Origin: an uncultured Chloroflexia bacterium
GTDB lineage: Bacteria; Chloroflexota; Limnocylindria; Limnocylindrales; CSP1-4
Reading direction: 5' to 3'
DNA length: 64,000 nt
Assembly: GCA_963698595.1 (NCBI GenBank)
Contig: CAVORL010000006.1
Coordinates: 140,877 to 204,876 of the forward strand
The notes under the pieces were generated by a model, which saw only the letters and a program-made list of their open reading frames with translations, had not been told where the DNA came from and ran no database searches. Both the position numbers and the translations under genes were made by a program. Shown here in pieces: positions 47,369 to 57,096 of the stretch (its first letter is position 1; each line of letters starts with the position of its first letter).

Positions 47369-48937
47369 ATGGCCGAGCGGATCAAGATCACGTACTCCAC
47401 CCTGCGCAACGACAACGAGGAGCTCCACGCGCAGTACGACGCCGGGATCGTCAAGGCGCGGGCCCGCCTGGGTGCGTATCACCAGAACTGGATCGGGGGC
47501 TCCGGCCACGACGGCGACGGCACCTTCGAGCTGCGCTCGCCGATCGACCGCGACCTCCTGGTCGGGACGTTCGCGCGCGGCACCCGCCAGGACGTGCGCG
47601 ACGCGATCGCCGCCGCCCGCGCCGCCCAGCCCGCCTGGCGGCGGGTCCCCTGGGCCGACCGCCTTGCCATCCTGCGCCGCGCCGCCGACCTCATCTCGGA
47701 GCGCCAGATGGAGTACGGGGCGCTCATGGCGACCGAGGTCGGGAAGAGCCGGCTGGAGGCGCTCGGCGAGGTCGAGGAGTCGGCCGACCTCATCCGCTAC
47801 TACGCCGACGTCTACGAGGGCCACGACGGCTATGTCCGGGTGATGGACAACCTCGGCGACGCGACCGTTCACACCAGCTCCGTCCTGCGTCCGTTCGGCG
47901 TCTTCGCCGTCATCAGTCCCTTCAACTTCCCCATGGCCCTCGCCGCCGGACCCAGCGCGGGTGCCCTGATGGCCGGCAACACGGTCATCTTCAAGCCGGC
48001 AACGGCGAGTGCGATGAGCGGCGTCCTCCTTGCGGAGGCCTACCGGGACGCCGGCATCCCCGACGGTGTGTTCAACCTCGTCATGGGGCCCGGCCAGACG
48101 GTTGGCCAGGAGATCCAGGAGAACCCGGGGATCGACGGGATCGTCTTCACCGGCTCGTACGAGGTCGGGATGGACCTCTTCCGCACCTTCTCGAAGGGCT
48201 GGCCGAAGCCGTGCATCGTCGAGATGGGCGGCAAGAACCCGGCCATCGTCACCGCCCGGGCCGACCTCGAGGAGGCGGCCGAGGGGATCATGCGCAGCGC
48301 CTTCGGCTTCGGTGGCCAGAAGTGCTCCGCGAACAGCCGGGTCTACGTGGAGCGCCCGGTCCACGACGAGCTCGTCCGCCTGCTCGTCCAGAAGACCGAG
48401 GGGATCACGATCGGTGACCCGCTCGTCCGGACGAACTGGCTCGGCCCGATCATCGACGGCGACGCCGTCCAGCGCTACGAGACGGCCGTGACCGAGGCGC
48501 GCCGCGACGGGCGCGTCCTCATCGGTGGCGAGCGCCTCTCCGATGGTGACCTCGGCCGTGGCTTCTTCGTGGAGCCGACCATCGTCGGCCACCTGCCGCC
48601 GAACCACCGGCTCTTCCGCGACGAGCTCTTCGTGCCGTTCACGGCGGTCCACGCGGTCGACTCGCTCGACGAGGCGATCCGGCTCGCAAACGACAGCGAG
48701 TACGGCCTGACCGCGGGCGTCTACAGCGAGGACCCGTCCGAGGTGGAACGGTTCCTCGACGAGGTCGAGTCGGGCGTCCTCTACGTCAACCGGCGTGCCG
48801 GCGCCACGACCGGCGCCTGGCCCGGCGTCCAGCCGTTCGGTGGCTGGAAGGGCTCCGGCTCGACTGGCAAGGCCGGCCTGAGCCTCTACTACCCGGCCCA
48901 GTTCCTGCGCGAGCAGGGCCACACGATCGTCGACTGA
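47369..48937 (+). CDS. Aldehyde dehydrogenase, P5C/semialdehyde dehydrogenase-like
   Basis: SPFNFP, FTGS, EMGGKN, GQKCSA, ELF, YGLT, QPFGG; GAGGAG RBS. Confidence 0.9.
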   Translation: MAERIKITYSTLRNDNEELHAQYDAGIVKARARLGAYHQNWIGGSGHDGDGTFELRSPIDRDLLVGTFARGTRQDVRDAIAAARAAQPAWRRVPWADRLAILRRAADLISERQMEYGALMATEVGKSRLEALGEVEESADLIRYYADVYEGHDGYVRVMDNLGDATVHTSSVLRPFGVFAVISPFNFPMALAAGPSAGALMAGNTVIFKPATASAMSGVLLAEAYRDAGIPDGVFNLVMGPGQTVGQEIQENPGIDGIVFTGSYEVGMDLFRTFSKGWPKPCIVEMGGKNPAIVTARADLEEAAEGIMRSAFGFGGQKCSANSRVYVERPVHDELVRLLVQKTEGITIGDPLVRTNWLGPIIDGDAVQRYETAVTEARRDGRVLIGGERLSDGDLGRGFFVEPTIVGHLPPNHRLFRDELFVPFTAVHAVDSLDEAIRLANDSEYGLTAGVYSEDPSEVERFLDEVESGVLYVNRRAGATTGAWPGVQPFGGWKGSGSTGKAGLSLYYPAQFLREQGHTIVD

Positions 48938-48938
48938 A

Positions 48939-48982
48939 CAGTCAGCCAGGACTGACTGGCAGCGGTCAGCAACGACTGACCG
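48939..48982. repeat. Tandem pair of related inverted repeats
   Basis: CAGTCAG-CCAGGA-CTGACTG and CGGTCAG-CAACGA-CTGACCG, immediately after the ALDH stop. Confidence 0.7.
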
Positions 48983-49083
48983 ACAAGCTCGGCCGCTGTC
49001 GGCGAGCGACGCGTCGGCGCCCTGGTGAACGGCCGAATCTGCGGAGACGTTCCGCTATACTCGGCGGAATCCACTCTGCATGA

Positions 49084-49095
49084 GTTGCATGCAAC
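49084..49095. promoter_or_regulatory. Perfect palindrome GTTGCATGCAAC, putative repressor operator
   Basis: Lies between the -10-like TATACT (49056-49061) and the GGAGG RBS of the aminotransferase gene. Confidence 0.5.
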
Positions 49096-49137
49096 GAACA
49101 ACCGCGCCTGCCGACGCGGACCAGCTGGAGGTTTCGC

Positions 49138-50496
49138 GTGAGCTCGCCGTCCATGGTGCGTCGTCTTCCGAACATCGTGACCGAGCTGCCGGGCCCGAAA
49201 GCCCGCGCTCACATCGAGTTTGACCACACCTGGACGAGCCCCAGCCTCCCGCGGGCCTACCCGATCGTTCCCGTCCGCGGCGAGGGATGTGCGGTGGAGG
49301 ACATCGACGGCAACCTCTTCCTCGACTTCGCCGCCGGGATCGCCGTCAACTCGACCGGCCACGCCCACCCACGCATCAGCGCCGCGATCGCCCGCCAGGC
49401 GGAGCTGCTCATCCACTTCAGCGCCTCGGACTTCTACCTGCCGGGCTACGCGCACGCTGCGGAGCGGCTCGCCCGGCTGGCCCCCATGAGGGGCCCCACC
49501 CGGGTCTTCATCGCCAACTCAGGCGCGGAGGCTGTCGAGGCGGGCATCAAGCTGGCCCGCTACCACACCGGCCGTCCCAACCTCGTCGCCTTCCTGGGCG
49601 CCTTCCACGGCCGGACGATGGGCGCGCTGAGCCTCACCGCGTCGAAGGCGAAGTACCACGCCCGTTTCGGGCCGCTCCTCCCGGGCGTCTACCACGTGCC
49701 CTTCGGGAGCGAGGGTCTCGACGAGCTGGAGCAGCGCGTGTTCAAGCGCCTCATGCCGGCCGACGAGTTCGCCGCCGTGATCGTGGAGCCGATCCAGGGC
49801 GAGGGCGGATACGTGGTCCCCGATGCCGCCTTCCTCCCGCGGCTACGCGACATCTGTGATCGCCACGGCATCCTGCTCATCGCCGACGAGGTCCAGTCCG
49901 GCGCGGGCCGCTCGGGAAAGATGTGGGCGATCGAGCACTTCGGGGTCGAGCCGGACATGGTTCTCACGGCGAAGGGGATCGCCTCGGGGATGCCGATCGG
50001 CGCAGTGATCGCGAAGGCCGACGTGATGAGCTGGTCGACCGGCTCCCACGGCTCGACCTACGGCGGCAACCCGGTGGCGCTGGCGGCGATGATGGAGACG
50101 ATCTCGCTCCTCGAGGACGGCCTGATCGACAACGCGGCGGAGCGCGGGGAGCAGGGCCTGCGGGAGCTCCAGCCGCTCGTCGAGCTGTACCCGAACCTCG
50201 TCCGCGACGTGCGCGGCAAGGGCCTGATGATCGGCATCCAGTTCGACTCCGGCGACACGGCCGAGGCGGTCCAGATGCAGGCGTTCCACCGGGGGCTTCT
50301 CGTCCTGGAGGCGGGCGACGACTGCGTGAGAATGTCGCCGCCACTCGTCGTGACTGCCGAGGAGATGACGACCGCGGTCCGGATCTTCACGCAGGCCATC
50401 GCCCACGTGGCGGGTCATCGCGCCGAGGACATCGAGGAGGTCGAGGCCGCCGGGCGATCTGGCCTCATCCGGGAGGATTTCGGCACCTCGATGTAG
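49138..50496 (+). CDS. Class III aminotransferase (4-aminobutyrate/ornithine type)
   Basis: DFAAGIAV, NSGAEA, FHGRT, EPIQGEGGY, DEVQSG, AKGIASG, STYGGN. Confidence 0.92.
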   Translation: MSSPSMVRRLPNIVTELPGPKARAHIEFDHTWTSPSLPRAYPIVPVRGEGCAVEDIDGNLFLDFAAGIAVNSTGHAHPRISAAIARQAELLIHFSASDFYLPGYAHAAERLARLAPMRGPTRVFIANSGAEAVEAGIKLARYHTGRPNLVAFLGAFHGRTMGALSLTASKAKYHARFGPLLPGVYHVPFGSEGLDELEQRVFKRLMPADEFAAVIVEPIQGEGGYVVPDAAFLPRLRDICDRHGILLIADEVQSGAGRSGKMWAIEHFGVEPDMVLTAKGIASGMPIGAVIAKADVMSWSTGSHGSTYGGNPVALAAMMETISLLEDGLIDNAAERGEQGLRELQPLVELYPNLVRDVRGKGLMIGIQFDSGDTAEAVQMQAFHRGLLVLEAGDDCVRMSPPLVVTAEEMTTAVRIFTQAIAHVAGHRAEDIEEVEAAGRSGLIREDFGTSM

Positions 50497-50564
50497 CTGG
50501 GCGGCCGCAGACGCGGCCGCCAGTCGACCGGGCCACGCTCCCCGGGTCGAAGGAGGAGGCGATC

Positions 50565-51482
50565 GTGAGCTCGAAGGTCGCCACGATGCGCGACGCCGTC
50601 GCTGCGCTCGTGCGCGACGGGGACACGGTCGCGATCGAAGGCTTCACGCACCTCATCTCCTTCGCGGCGGGCCACGAGATCATTCGCCAGGGTCGCCGGA
50701 ACCTCGTCCTCGCGCGCATGACCCCCGATCTCATCTACGACCAGATGATCGCCGCCGGCGTCGCGCGCAAGCTGATCTTCAGCTGGCTCGGCAATCCGGG
50801 GGTCGGCGGGCTCCATGCGATCCGGCGTGTGACCGAGGGCGCGAACGCCACCCTCGAGCTCGAGGAGTACAGCCATTTCGGGATGGTCGCTCGATACGCC
50901 GCGGGCGCGGCCAAGCTCCCCTTCATGCCGCTGCGGTCGTACTTCGAGACCGATCTGCCCGTGGCCAACCCGCTGATCCGGCCGATCGAGAGTCCCTATG
51001 GGGACGGAACCGTCTACGCGGTGCCGGCCCTCCGCCCTGACGTCACCGTGGTCCACGCCCAGCGCGCCGATGCCGCCGGGAACACCCAGGTCTGGGGCCT
51101 CCCGGGCTGCCAGAAGGAGGCCGCCTTCGCCGCAGAACGGGTCATCGTCGTCGTGGAGGAGCTGGTAGACGAGGCAGTCGTCCGGGCAGACCCGAACCGG
51201 ACCATCCTCCCGGGGATCGTCGTCGACGCCGTGGTCGTGGAGCCGTGGGGCGCCCACCCGAGCTATGTCCAGGGCTGCTACGACCGCGACAACCGCTTCT
51301 ACCGGGACTGGGACCCGATCAGCCGCGACGCGGCGGCGACCGACGCCTGGCTTCGCGAGTGGGTCCATGACGTCGACGGCCGGGCGGCCTACGTCGAGAA
51401 GCTGGGGGCGGACCGCCTGGCGTCGCTGCGCCCGTCCGGCCCGGCGCTCTCGGGCGTCGTGGACTACGGGGAGTACCGCTGA
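50565..51482 (+). CDS. Family I CoA-transferase alpha subunit (GctA/CatI-like)
   Basis: EGFTHLI, RMTPDL, SWLGNPG, HAQRAD, GAHPS; AGGAGG RBS before the GTG. Confidence 0.9.
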   Translation: MSSKVATMRDAVAALVRDGDTVAIEGFTHLISFAAGHEIIRQGRRNLVLARMTPDLIYDQMIAAGVARKLIFSWLGNPGVGGLHAIRRVTEGANATLELEEYSHFGMVARYAAGAAKLPFMPLRSYFETDLPVANPLIRPIESPYGDGTVYAVPALRPDVTVVHAQRADAAGNTQVWGLPGCQKEAAFAAERVIVVVEELVDEAVVRADPNRTILPGIVVDAVVVEPWGAHPSYVQGCYDRDNRFYRDWDPISRDAAATDAWLREWVHDVDGRAAYVEKLGADRLASLRPSGPALSGVVDYGEYR

Positions 51483-52285
51483 TGACCGAGCCGCGGCAGG
51501 GCGCAGCGGCCCCCCCGGAGTTCTCGAAGTCCGAGATGATGATCGTGGCCGCTGCCCGGGAGCTCGCCGGGCAGCACGTCTGCTTCGTCGGCGTCGGGCT
51601 CCCGAACATCGCCGTCAACCTGGCCAAGCGCACCGTCGCCCCCGAGATGGAGCTGGTCTACGAGGCAGGCGTGTTCGGGGCGGAGCCGGCGCGCCTGCCG
51701 CTCTCGATCGGGGACCCCACGATCGTGACCGGGGCGACGGCGATCGTCTCGATGTGGGATCTCTTCGCCTACTACCTGCAGGGCGGGCTCGTCGACGTCG
51801 GTTTCCTCGGAGCGGCGCAGATCGATCGCTTCGGGAACATCAACACCACGGTGATCGGTGACTACGCCGAGCCGAAGACGCGCCTCCCGGGCTCGGGCGG
51901 CGCCTGCGAGATCGCGATCAACGCCCGCCAGATCTTCGTCATCATGCGCCAGTCGTCACGCTCGTTTGTCGAGGAGATCGACTTCCGAACATCGCCTGGC
52001 AATCTCGGCGGCGCCGAGAAGGCCGAGCGGATCCGTCGCGAGCAAGGCTGGCTCGGGCGCGGGCCATCGGTCGTCGTTACGGACCTCGGGATCTGGCACT
52101 TCGACGAGGAGGGCGAGATGCGGCTCGACTTCCTGCATCCGGGCGCGACGCTCGACGAGGTCCGAGCGACGATCGGCTGGGAGCCGAAGGTGTCGTCCAC
52201 GCTGGCGGTGACGTCGGCGCCAACCGCCGACGAGCTTCGCCTGATCCGGGACGAGCTCGACCCCGAGGGCATGTACACGGACTAG
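51482..52285 (+). CDS. Family I CoA-transferase beta subunit (GctB/CatJ-like)
   Basis: FVGVGLP, LVYEAG (catalytic Glu), AQIDRFGNINTT, RLPGSGGA. Confidence 0.9.
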   Translation: MTEPRQGAAAPPEFSKSEMMIVAAARELAGQHVCFVGVGLPNIAVNLAKRTVAPEMELVYEAGVFGAEPARLPLSIGDPTIVTGATAIVSMWDLFAYYLQGGLVDVGFLGAAQIDRFGNINTTVIGDYAEPKTRLPGSGGACEIAINARQIFVIMRQSSRSFVEEIDFRTSPGNLGGAEKAERIRREQGWLGRGPSVVVTDLGIWHFDEEGEMRLDFLHPGATLDEVRATIGWEPKVSSTLAVTSAPTADELRLIRDELDPEGMYTD

Positions 52286-52300
52286 GGTGGGCGTGGAGGA

Positions 52301-52732
52301 TCAGGCGCCCCGCCGCGGCGAGCCGGAAGGGCTCGCGACCCGCGTCGGCCGAACCACCATCACGGGGCAGCGCGCGTGGCGGACGACGTAGTCCGAGACA
52401 CTGCCCAGGAACAGCCGACCGACGGCTCCCCGCTCATGGGTGCCCACCACGATGAGGTCGGCCGACTCGGCCTCCGCGGCCTCGACGATGCCCTCGCCGG
52501 CGTCACCGCCCCAGGTGAGCCCGGTCGCGTCGGCGCCGCCCGCCCGGGCGCGCTGCACGACGCTCTCGACGGCGAGCTGGCGCGCCTCGCGGACACTCGG
52601 CGTCCCACTCACGACGGACAGGACCAGCAGGCGCGCGCCTAGGCGGGCCGCGAGCTCCACTGCCTGCTTCTCGGCGGCCCCCGAGGCGGTGGACGCGTCG
52701 GTAGCCAGGAGGACGGTCTCGATGCGGGCCAT
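52301..52732 (-). CDS. Universal stress protein
   Basis: LLATDAS, DLIVVG...G..R.FLGSVS..VVRHARCPVMVV; the start could be 52852. Confidence 0.9.
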   Translation of the reverse strand: MARIETVLLATDASTASGAAEKQAVELAARLGARLLVLSVVSGTPSVREARQLAVESVVQRARAGGADATGLTWGGDAGEGIVEAAEAESADLIVVGTHERGAVGRLFLGSVSDYVVRHARCPVMVVRPTRVASPSGSPRRGA

Positions 52733-53003
52733 GATGGTGGCACCGGGCGGGGACGCCTCCCGGGCGATGCTCCTTCCCTGTGCGACACGGTGCAGCTTGT
52801 CGTTGGCGTCGCTGTGGGTCTTCTCGAGAACGACGATGAGTGGCGTGACCATCCTGGCCGCCCGTCCGAATCCTCGACGTCGGGCGGGAGGGCCGAGGGA
52901 CGCCCGGGTGCCGGGGTGGTCGGCTGATGGTCGCGGCGGTGCGCTCGCCCGGGTTGACCCGGAGCGTGTCGCCCGATAGTAGAGCGAATGACCGTCCGCC
53001 CGC

Positions 53004-53019
53004 CGTGACATTCGGCCCA
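53004..53019 (-). promoter_or_regulatory. Putative DosR-like box at the usp promoter
   Basis: TGGGCCGAATGTCACG lies 22 nt upstream of TACTAT (52981-52976). Confidence 0.6.
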
Positions 53020-53124
53020 TTCCCGGCGTGCCAACCGTCCCAGATGTTCGCACGTGCGCATGTTTCGTCGGGTCTGCGCGTCCAGGGGTGCGGGGAGGTC
53101 GGCGCTCCTGCTACGCTCGCGCCG

Positions 53125-54705
53125 ATGACCGTCGCGTCCCCTCCGCCGACCCCGTCCGACCTGCTCCTCGAGGCGTTCCTCGCGCTCGATGCCTGGGCAG
53201 CAACCCCGGCCCGGCCGCGGTCGCTCCTCGTGCGCGGCCTCAAGGCGCTCGCTGTGTCCTGCGGTGCCGCGGGCGCCCACCTCGAGGTTGGCATGCACCA
53301 CGCGTCGGCGACGGGCGGCGGGTGGGGGACACTCGCGCGGCGGCCCGGGCGAGCACATCGCGCGGGCGTGGTGGCGAGCCAGCTGAGCTCGACGCCGCGA
53401 GGGCCGGACGCCGCCGGGCCGCTGGGCGAGCCCGTGGGGACGCTGTGGCTTGACGAGCCTGCAGGGAGCGCGGTCACGGCAGCACGAACGGTGGAGCTTG
53501 CCCTCGCCGGCGCCCGTGCCCGGGCGGAGGTGGCCTGGGCGGGCCGGCGCCTGGAGGCGCTCGACGATGCCATCCGGGCCATGGCCGGCGTCCTCTCCGT
53601 AGACCGGGTCCTGCAGGTGATCGTGGAGAGAGTCCGTGACCTGGTGGGCGCACGCTACGCCGCGCTGGGGATCCACGACCAGGCCGGGGTCATCGAGCAG
53701 TTCGTCACGAGCGGGATCAGCCGCCCGGATCGCGCGCGAATCGGGGCTCCGCCACGGGGCCACGGCCTGCTGGGCGTCATCATCCGCGAGAACCGCACGA
53801 TCCGCCTCGACGACCTGATGGCCGATCCCCGCCGGGTGGGCTTCCCGCCGAACCACCCGGAGATGCACCCGTTCCTCGGCGTCCCAATCGTCGTCCGGGG
53901 CCGCACGATTGGCAACCTGTACCTCACCGAGAAGGAGGGAGCCTTCGACGACGAGGACCAGCGCCTCGTCGAGACCTTCGCACGCCACGCCGCGATCGCC
54001 ATGGAGAACGCCCGGCTCCACGAGCAGGTGCAGCGCCTTGCCATCGTCGAGGAGCGCGAGCGGATCGGGAAGGATCTCCACGACAGCGTGATCCAGGCGA
54101 TCTACGCCGTCGGTCTCTCGCTCGACGATGTGCCGGAGATGATGGACGACGAGCCCGACGAAGCCAGGCGACGGGTTGAGCGGGCCATCGAAAGCCTGGA
54201 CCAGACGATCCGCGACATCCGGAACTTCATCTTCGGCCTCCGGCCTGCCCTCCTCGACGGGGTCAACATCGTGGAGGGCCTGGCAGCGCTCGCCGACGAG
54301 TTCCGGGTCAACACGATGATCGACGTGGAGCTGCGTGCCGGTCCCACCGTCTCCGCGCCGGTCATCGGAGCCGACCGCATCGCCGAGGTCCTCTCGATCG
54401 CACGGGAGGCGTTCAGCAACATCGCCCGTCACGCGCGAGCCACCCGGGCCGAGCTGACGGTGGAGCCGGCTCCCGAGATCGCGGGCCTCGAGATCATCAT
54501 CGCCGACAACGGGACCGGCTTCGATCCAAAAGCCACGCGAGGCCTGGGGCACCAGGGTCTGCGCAACATCCGGACGCGAGCGATCTCTATCGGCGCAACG
54601 CTCGTCGTGGACAGCCGGCCGGGAGATGGGACGCGTATCATCGTCCACGTGCCGGGCGCCCGGACGGAGGATGATCAGCCGTCCGAGGATCTGTCCGACG
54701 CGTGA
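53125..54705 (+). CDS. DosS/DevS-like GAF sensor histidine kinase
   Basis: ARYAALG, GLLG, GFPPNHPEM..FLGVP, GNLYL, HisKA_3 ERERIGKDLHD, N..RHA, DNG.GF. Confidence 0.9.
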   Translation: MTVASPPPTPSDLLLEAFLALDAWAATPARPRSLLVRGLKALAVSCGAAGAHLEVGMHHASATGGGWGTLARRPGRAHRAGVVASQLSSTPRGPDAAGPLGEPVGTLWLDEPAGSAVTAARTVELALAGARARAEVAWAGRRLEALDDAIRAMAGVLSVDRVLQVIVERVRDLVGARYAALGIHDQAGVIEQFVTSGISRPDRARIGAPPRGHGLLGVIIRENRTIRLDDLMADPRRVGFPPNHPEMHPFLGVPIVVRGRTIGNLYLTEKEGAFDDEDQRLVETFARHAAIAMENARLHEQVQRLAIVEERERIGKDLHDSVIQAIYAVGLSLDDVPEMMDDEPDEARRRVERAIESLDQTIRDIRNFIFGLRPALLDGVNIVEGLAALADEFRVNTMIDVELRAGPTVSAPVIGADRIAEVLSIAREAFSNIARHARATRAELTVEPAPEIAGLEIIIADNGTGFDPKATRGLGHQGLRNIRTRAISIGATLVVDSRPGDGTRIIVHVPGARTEDDQPSEDLSDA

Positions 54706-54762
54706 GCGATGCGCGCCGGCGTCCCCGACCGCGATCGCCGGCACAGAGGTGGTGAGCACGAG

Positions 54763-55437
54763 ATGAGCGAGCAGACAGAGCCGCGTCCCCTCCGCCTGCT
54801 CGTCGTGGACGATCACGAGGTCGTTCGCCAGGGCCTGGTCTCCCTGCTCGAGCGTCGCGAGCGGTTCCAGGTGGTGGCCGAGGCCGGGACGGTCGAAGAG
54901 GCGCTGGACGGCGCCCGCCGCTATCAGCCCGACCTCGTCGTGATGGACGTCCGGCTCCCGGACGGCTCCGGCATCGAGGCCTGCCGCGAGATCCGCTCCG
55001 AGTTTCCCGGCACGCGCGTCGTCATGCTGACGAGCTACCCGGACGAGGAGGCGGTCCTGTCCGCGATCATCGCCGGGGCGTCGGGGTACCTCCTGAAGCA
55101 GATCCGCTCACGCGACCTCATCTCCGCGCTCGAGGCGGTGGGGCGCGGCGAATCGCTCCTCGACCCGGCCGTGACGGAGAAGGTCCTGGAGCGCGTGCGG
55201 CGCATCGCGTCGGGGACCTACACGGACGAGCTGGCCCAGCTGACCGCCCAGGAGCAGAAGATCCTGCAGCTCGTCGCCGAGGGGAAGACCAACAAGGAGA
55301 TCGCGCAGGAGGTCTTCCTCTCCGACAAGACCGTGAAGAACTACGTCAGCTCGATCCTTTCGAAGCTGAACCTCCAGCGTCGGGCCCAGGCCGCGGCGTT
55401 CGTCGCCAAGCACCGCCTGCCCGGTTCCGGCACGTAG
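54763..55437 (+). CDS. DosR/DevR-like NarL-family response regulator
   Basis: VDDHEVVRQG, DVRLPDGSG, GASGYLLK, TNKEIA..FLSDKTVKNYVSSIL.KL..RRAQAA. Confidence 0.93.
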   Translation: MSEQTEPRPLRLLVVDDHEVVRQGLVSLLERRERFQVVAEAGTVEEALDGARRYQPDLVVMDVRLPDGSGIEACREIRSEFPGTRVVMLTSYPDEEAVLSAIIAGASGYLLKQIRSRDLISALEAVGRGESLLDPAVTEKVLERVRRIASGTYTDELAQLTAQEQKILQLVAEGKTNKEIAQEVFLSDKTVKNYVSSILSKLNLQRRAQAAAFVAKHRLPGSGT

Positions 55438-55596
55438 GCCCGCGGCCGCCCGTGCGGCCGGGAGGCTCCGTGCGCGCCGCCGATCCGAGCCCGCCGGGCC
55501 GTGACTCCGCAGCCGGCCCGAGCGAACGGCGCTCCAGGGGCCGGACGCGATGCCTGCCAATCGGCGCCCGGGTTCGTGCCCGATGGGGGCGCCGAT

Positions 55597-55612
55597 CGGT
55601 CCGGTCGGCACG
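55597..55612 (+). promoter_or_regulatory. Putative DosR-like box at the CoA-transferase promoter
   Basis: CGGTCCGGTCGGCACG lies 22 nt upstream of TAGACT (55635-55640). Confidence 0.45.
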
Positions 55613-55646
55613 CAGGAACACGGGGAGGTGTTCCTAGACTGCCGCC

Positions 55647-56918
55647 ATGATGATCGTCAGCGCCGAGGAGGCGGTCGCCGACATCCGGTCCGGCGACCAG
55701 GTCTACGTGCAGTGTGCGGCTGCGGCGCCGTCGGTACTGCTCGACGCGCTCGTGGCGCGGGCTCCGGAGCTCCACGACGTCAGCATGATCCACCTCCACA
55801 CGGAAGGGCCCGGACCCCATCTCGCCCCGGAGATGGCGGGGCACTTCCGTCACCGTGCTCTCTTCATCGGGCCCAATGCGCGGGCGGCCGTCAACGAGGG
55901 GCGGGCCGACTTCGTGCCTGTCTTCCTTTCTGACGTCCCGGGCCTCTTCTCCCGCGGGCTCATGCCACTCGACGTCGTCCTCTGCAACGTCTCGCCGCCG
56001 GACGCCCACGGCTTCTGCTCGCTGGGCACGTCCGTGGAGGGCATGCAGGCCGCGCTCCTGGCGGCCGGGATCGTCATCGCCCAGATCAATGCCGCGATGC
56101 CGCGCACCCTCGGGGAGAGCTTCGTCCACGTTGACGACATCGACTACGGCGTGGAGGTCGAGATCCCGCCCTACGCGTACGGACCCCCGGAGATCGGCGA
56201 CGTCGAGCGTCGCGCCGCCGAGTTCGTGGCGGACCTCGTGCCAGACGAGGCCACGGTCCAGATGGGGATCGGGGCGATCCCCAGCGCGGTCGCGTCCTTC
56301 CTTCTCGACAAGCGGGACCTGGGAATCCACACCGAGATGATGACCGACAGCGTCGTCGACCTTGTCGAGGCGGGCGTGGTCACCGGGTCGGCCAAGGAGC
56401 AGAACCGGGGCAAGGTCATGTGCACGTTCATGATGGGAACCCCGAGGCTGTACCGCTTCGCCAACGACAACCCGATGGTCGAGATGCGCGCCTGCGACTT
56501 CACGAACGACACGCACGTGATTCGCGGCTTCCGCCGGATGACGGCGATCAACTCCGCGATCTCCATCGACCTCACCGGCCAGGTGTGCTCCGATTCGATC
56601 GGCTGGCACCTCTACAGCGGCGTGGGCGGTCAGATGGACTTCATCCGGGGCGCTGCGCTCGCGCCCGAGGGCCGGGCCATCATCGCGCTGCCGTCGACCG
56701 CGGCGAACGGACGCGTCTCCCGGATCACCCCACTCCTCGTGGAGGGCTCGGGCGTCGTCACGACGCGGGCCCACGTGCGCACCGTCGTGACCGAGTGGGG
56801 TGTCGCGGAGCTGCACGGGAAGTCGATCCAGGAGCGGGCCCGCGCGCTCATCGCCATCGCCCACCCGGACTTCCGCGACGAGCTGACCACGCAGGCGCGG
56901 AGGACGCACTACCTGTAG
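55647..56918 (+). CDS. Acetyl-CoA hydrolase / 4-hydroxybutyrate CoA-transferase family protein
   Basis: QMGIGAIP, GIHTEM, INS...DLTGQV, SGVGGQMDF, VTEWG, IAHPDFR. Confidence 0.92.
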   Translation: MMIVSAEEAVADIRSGDQVYVQCAAAAPSVLLDALVARAPELHDVSMIHLHTEGPGPHLAPEMAGHFRHRALFIGPNARAAVNEGRADFVPVFLSDVPGLFSRGLMPLDVVLCNVSPPDAHGFCSLGTSVEGMQAALLAAGIVIAQINAAMPRTLGESFVHVDDIDYGVEVEIPPYAYGPPEIGDVERRAAEFVADLVPDEATVQMGIGAIPSAVASFLLDKRDLGIHTEMMTDSVVDLVEAGVVTGSAKEQNRGKVMCTFMMGTPRLYRFANDNPMVEMRACDFTNDTHVIRGFRRMTAINSAISIDLTGQVCSDSIGWHLYSGVGGQMDFIRGAALAPEGRAIIALPSTAANGRVSRITPLLVEGSGVVTTRAHVRTVVTEWGVAELHGKSIQERARALIAIAHPDFRDELTTQARRTHYL

Positions 56919-57096
56919 GACGGCAAGGTCACAGAGCGGCGGGAAGGGCCTGCGAAACGGGAGGGTCGGCAGGCCCCACGCGACCCCTGCCGGAGTGCCC
57001 GAATCGCCCGCCGGAAGGCATGTCGTGGTGGACGCCGCGCGTCCCCTGCGACGTCCACCACGGGCCGAAGTGTCGCCCGGCTTCACGACGGGTGGC

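Noticed and set aside
48939-48982. ANTAR dual-hairpin or CsrA site; mini-CRISPR
   Set aside because: The loops do not fit the A1/G4 rule in both hairpins, only one has GGA, and there are just two units with a 4-nt gap and no cas genes.
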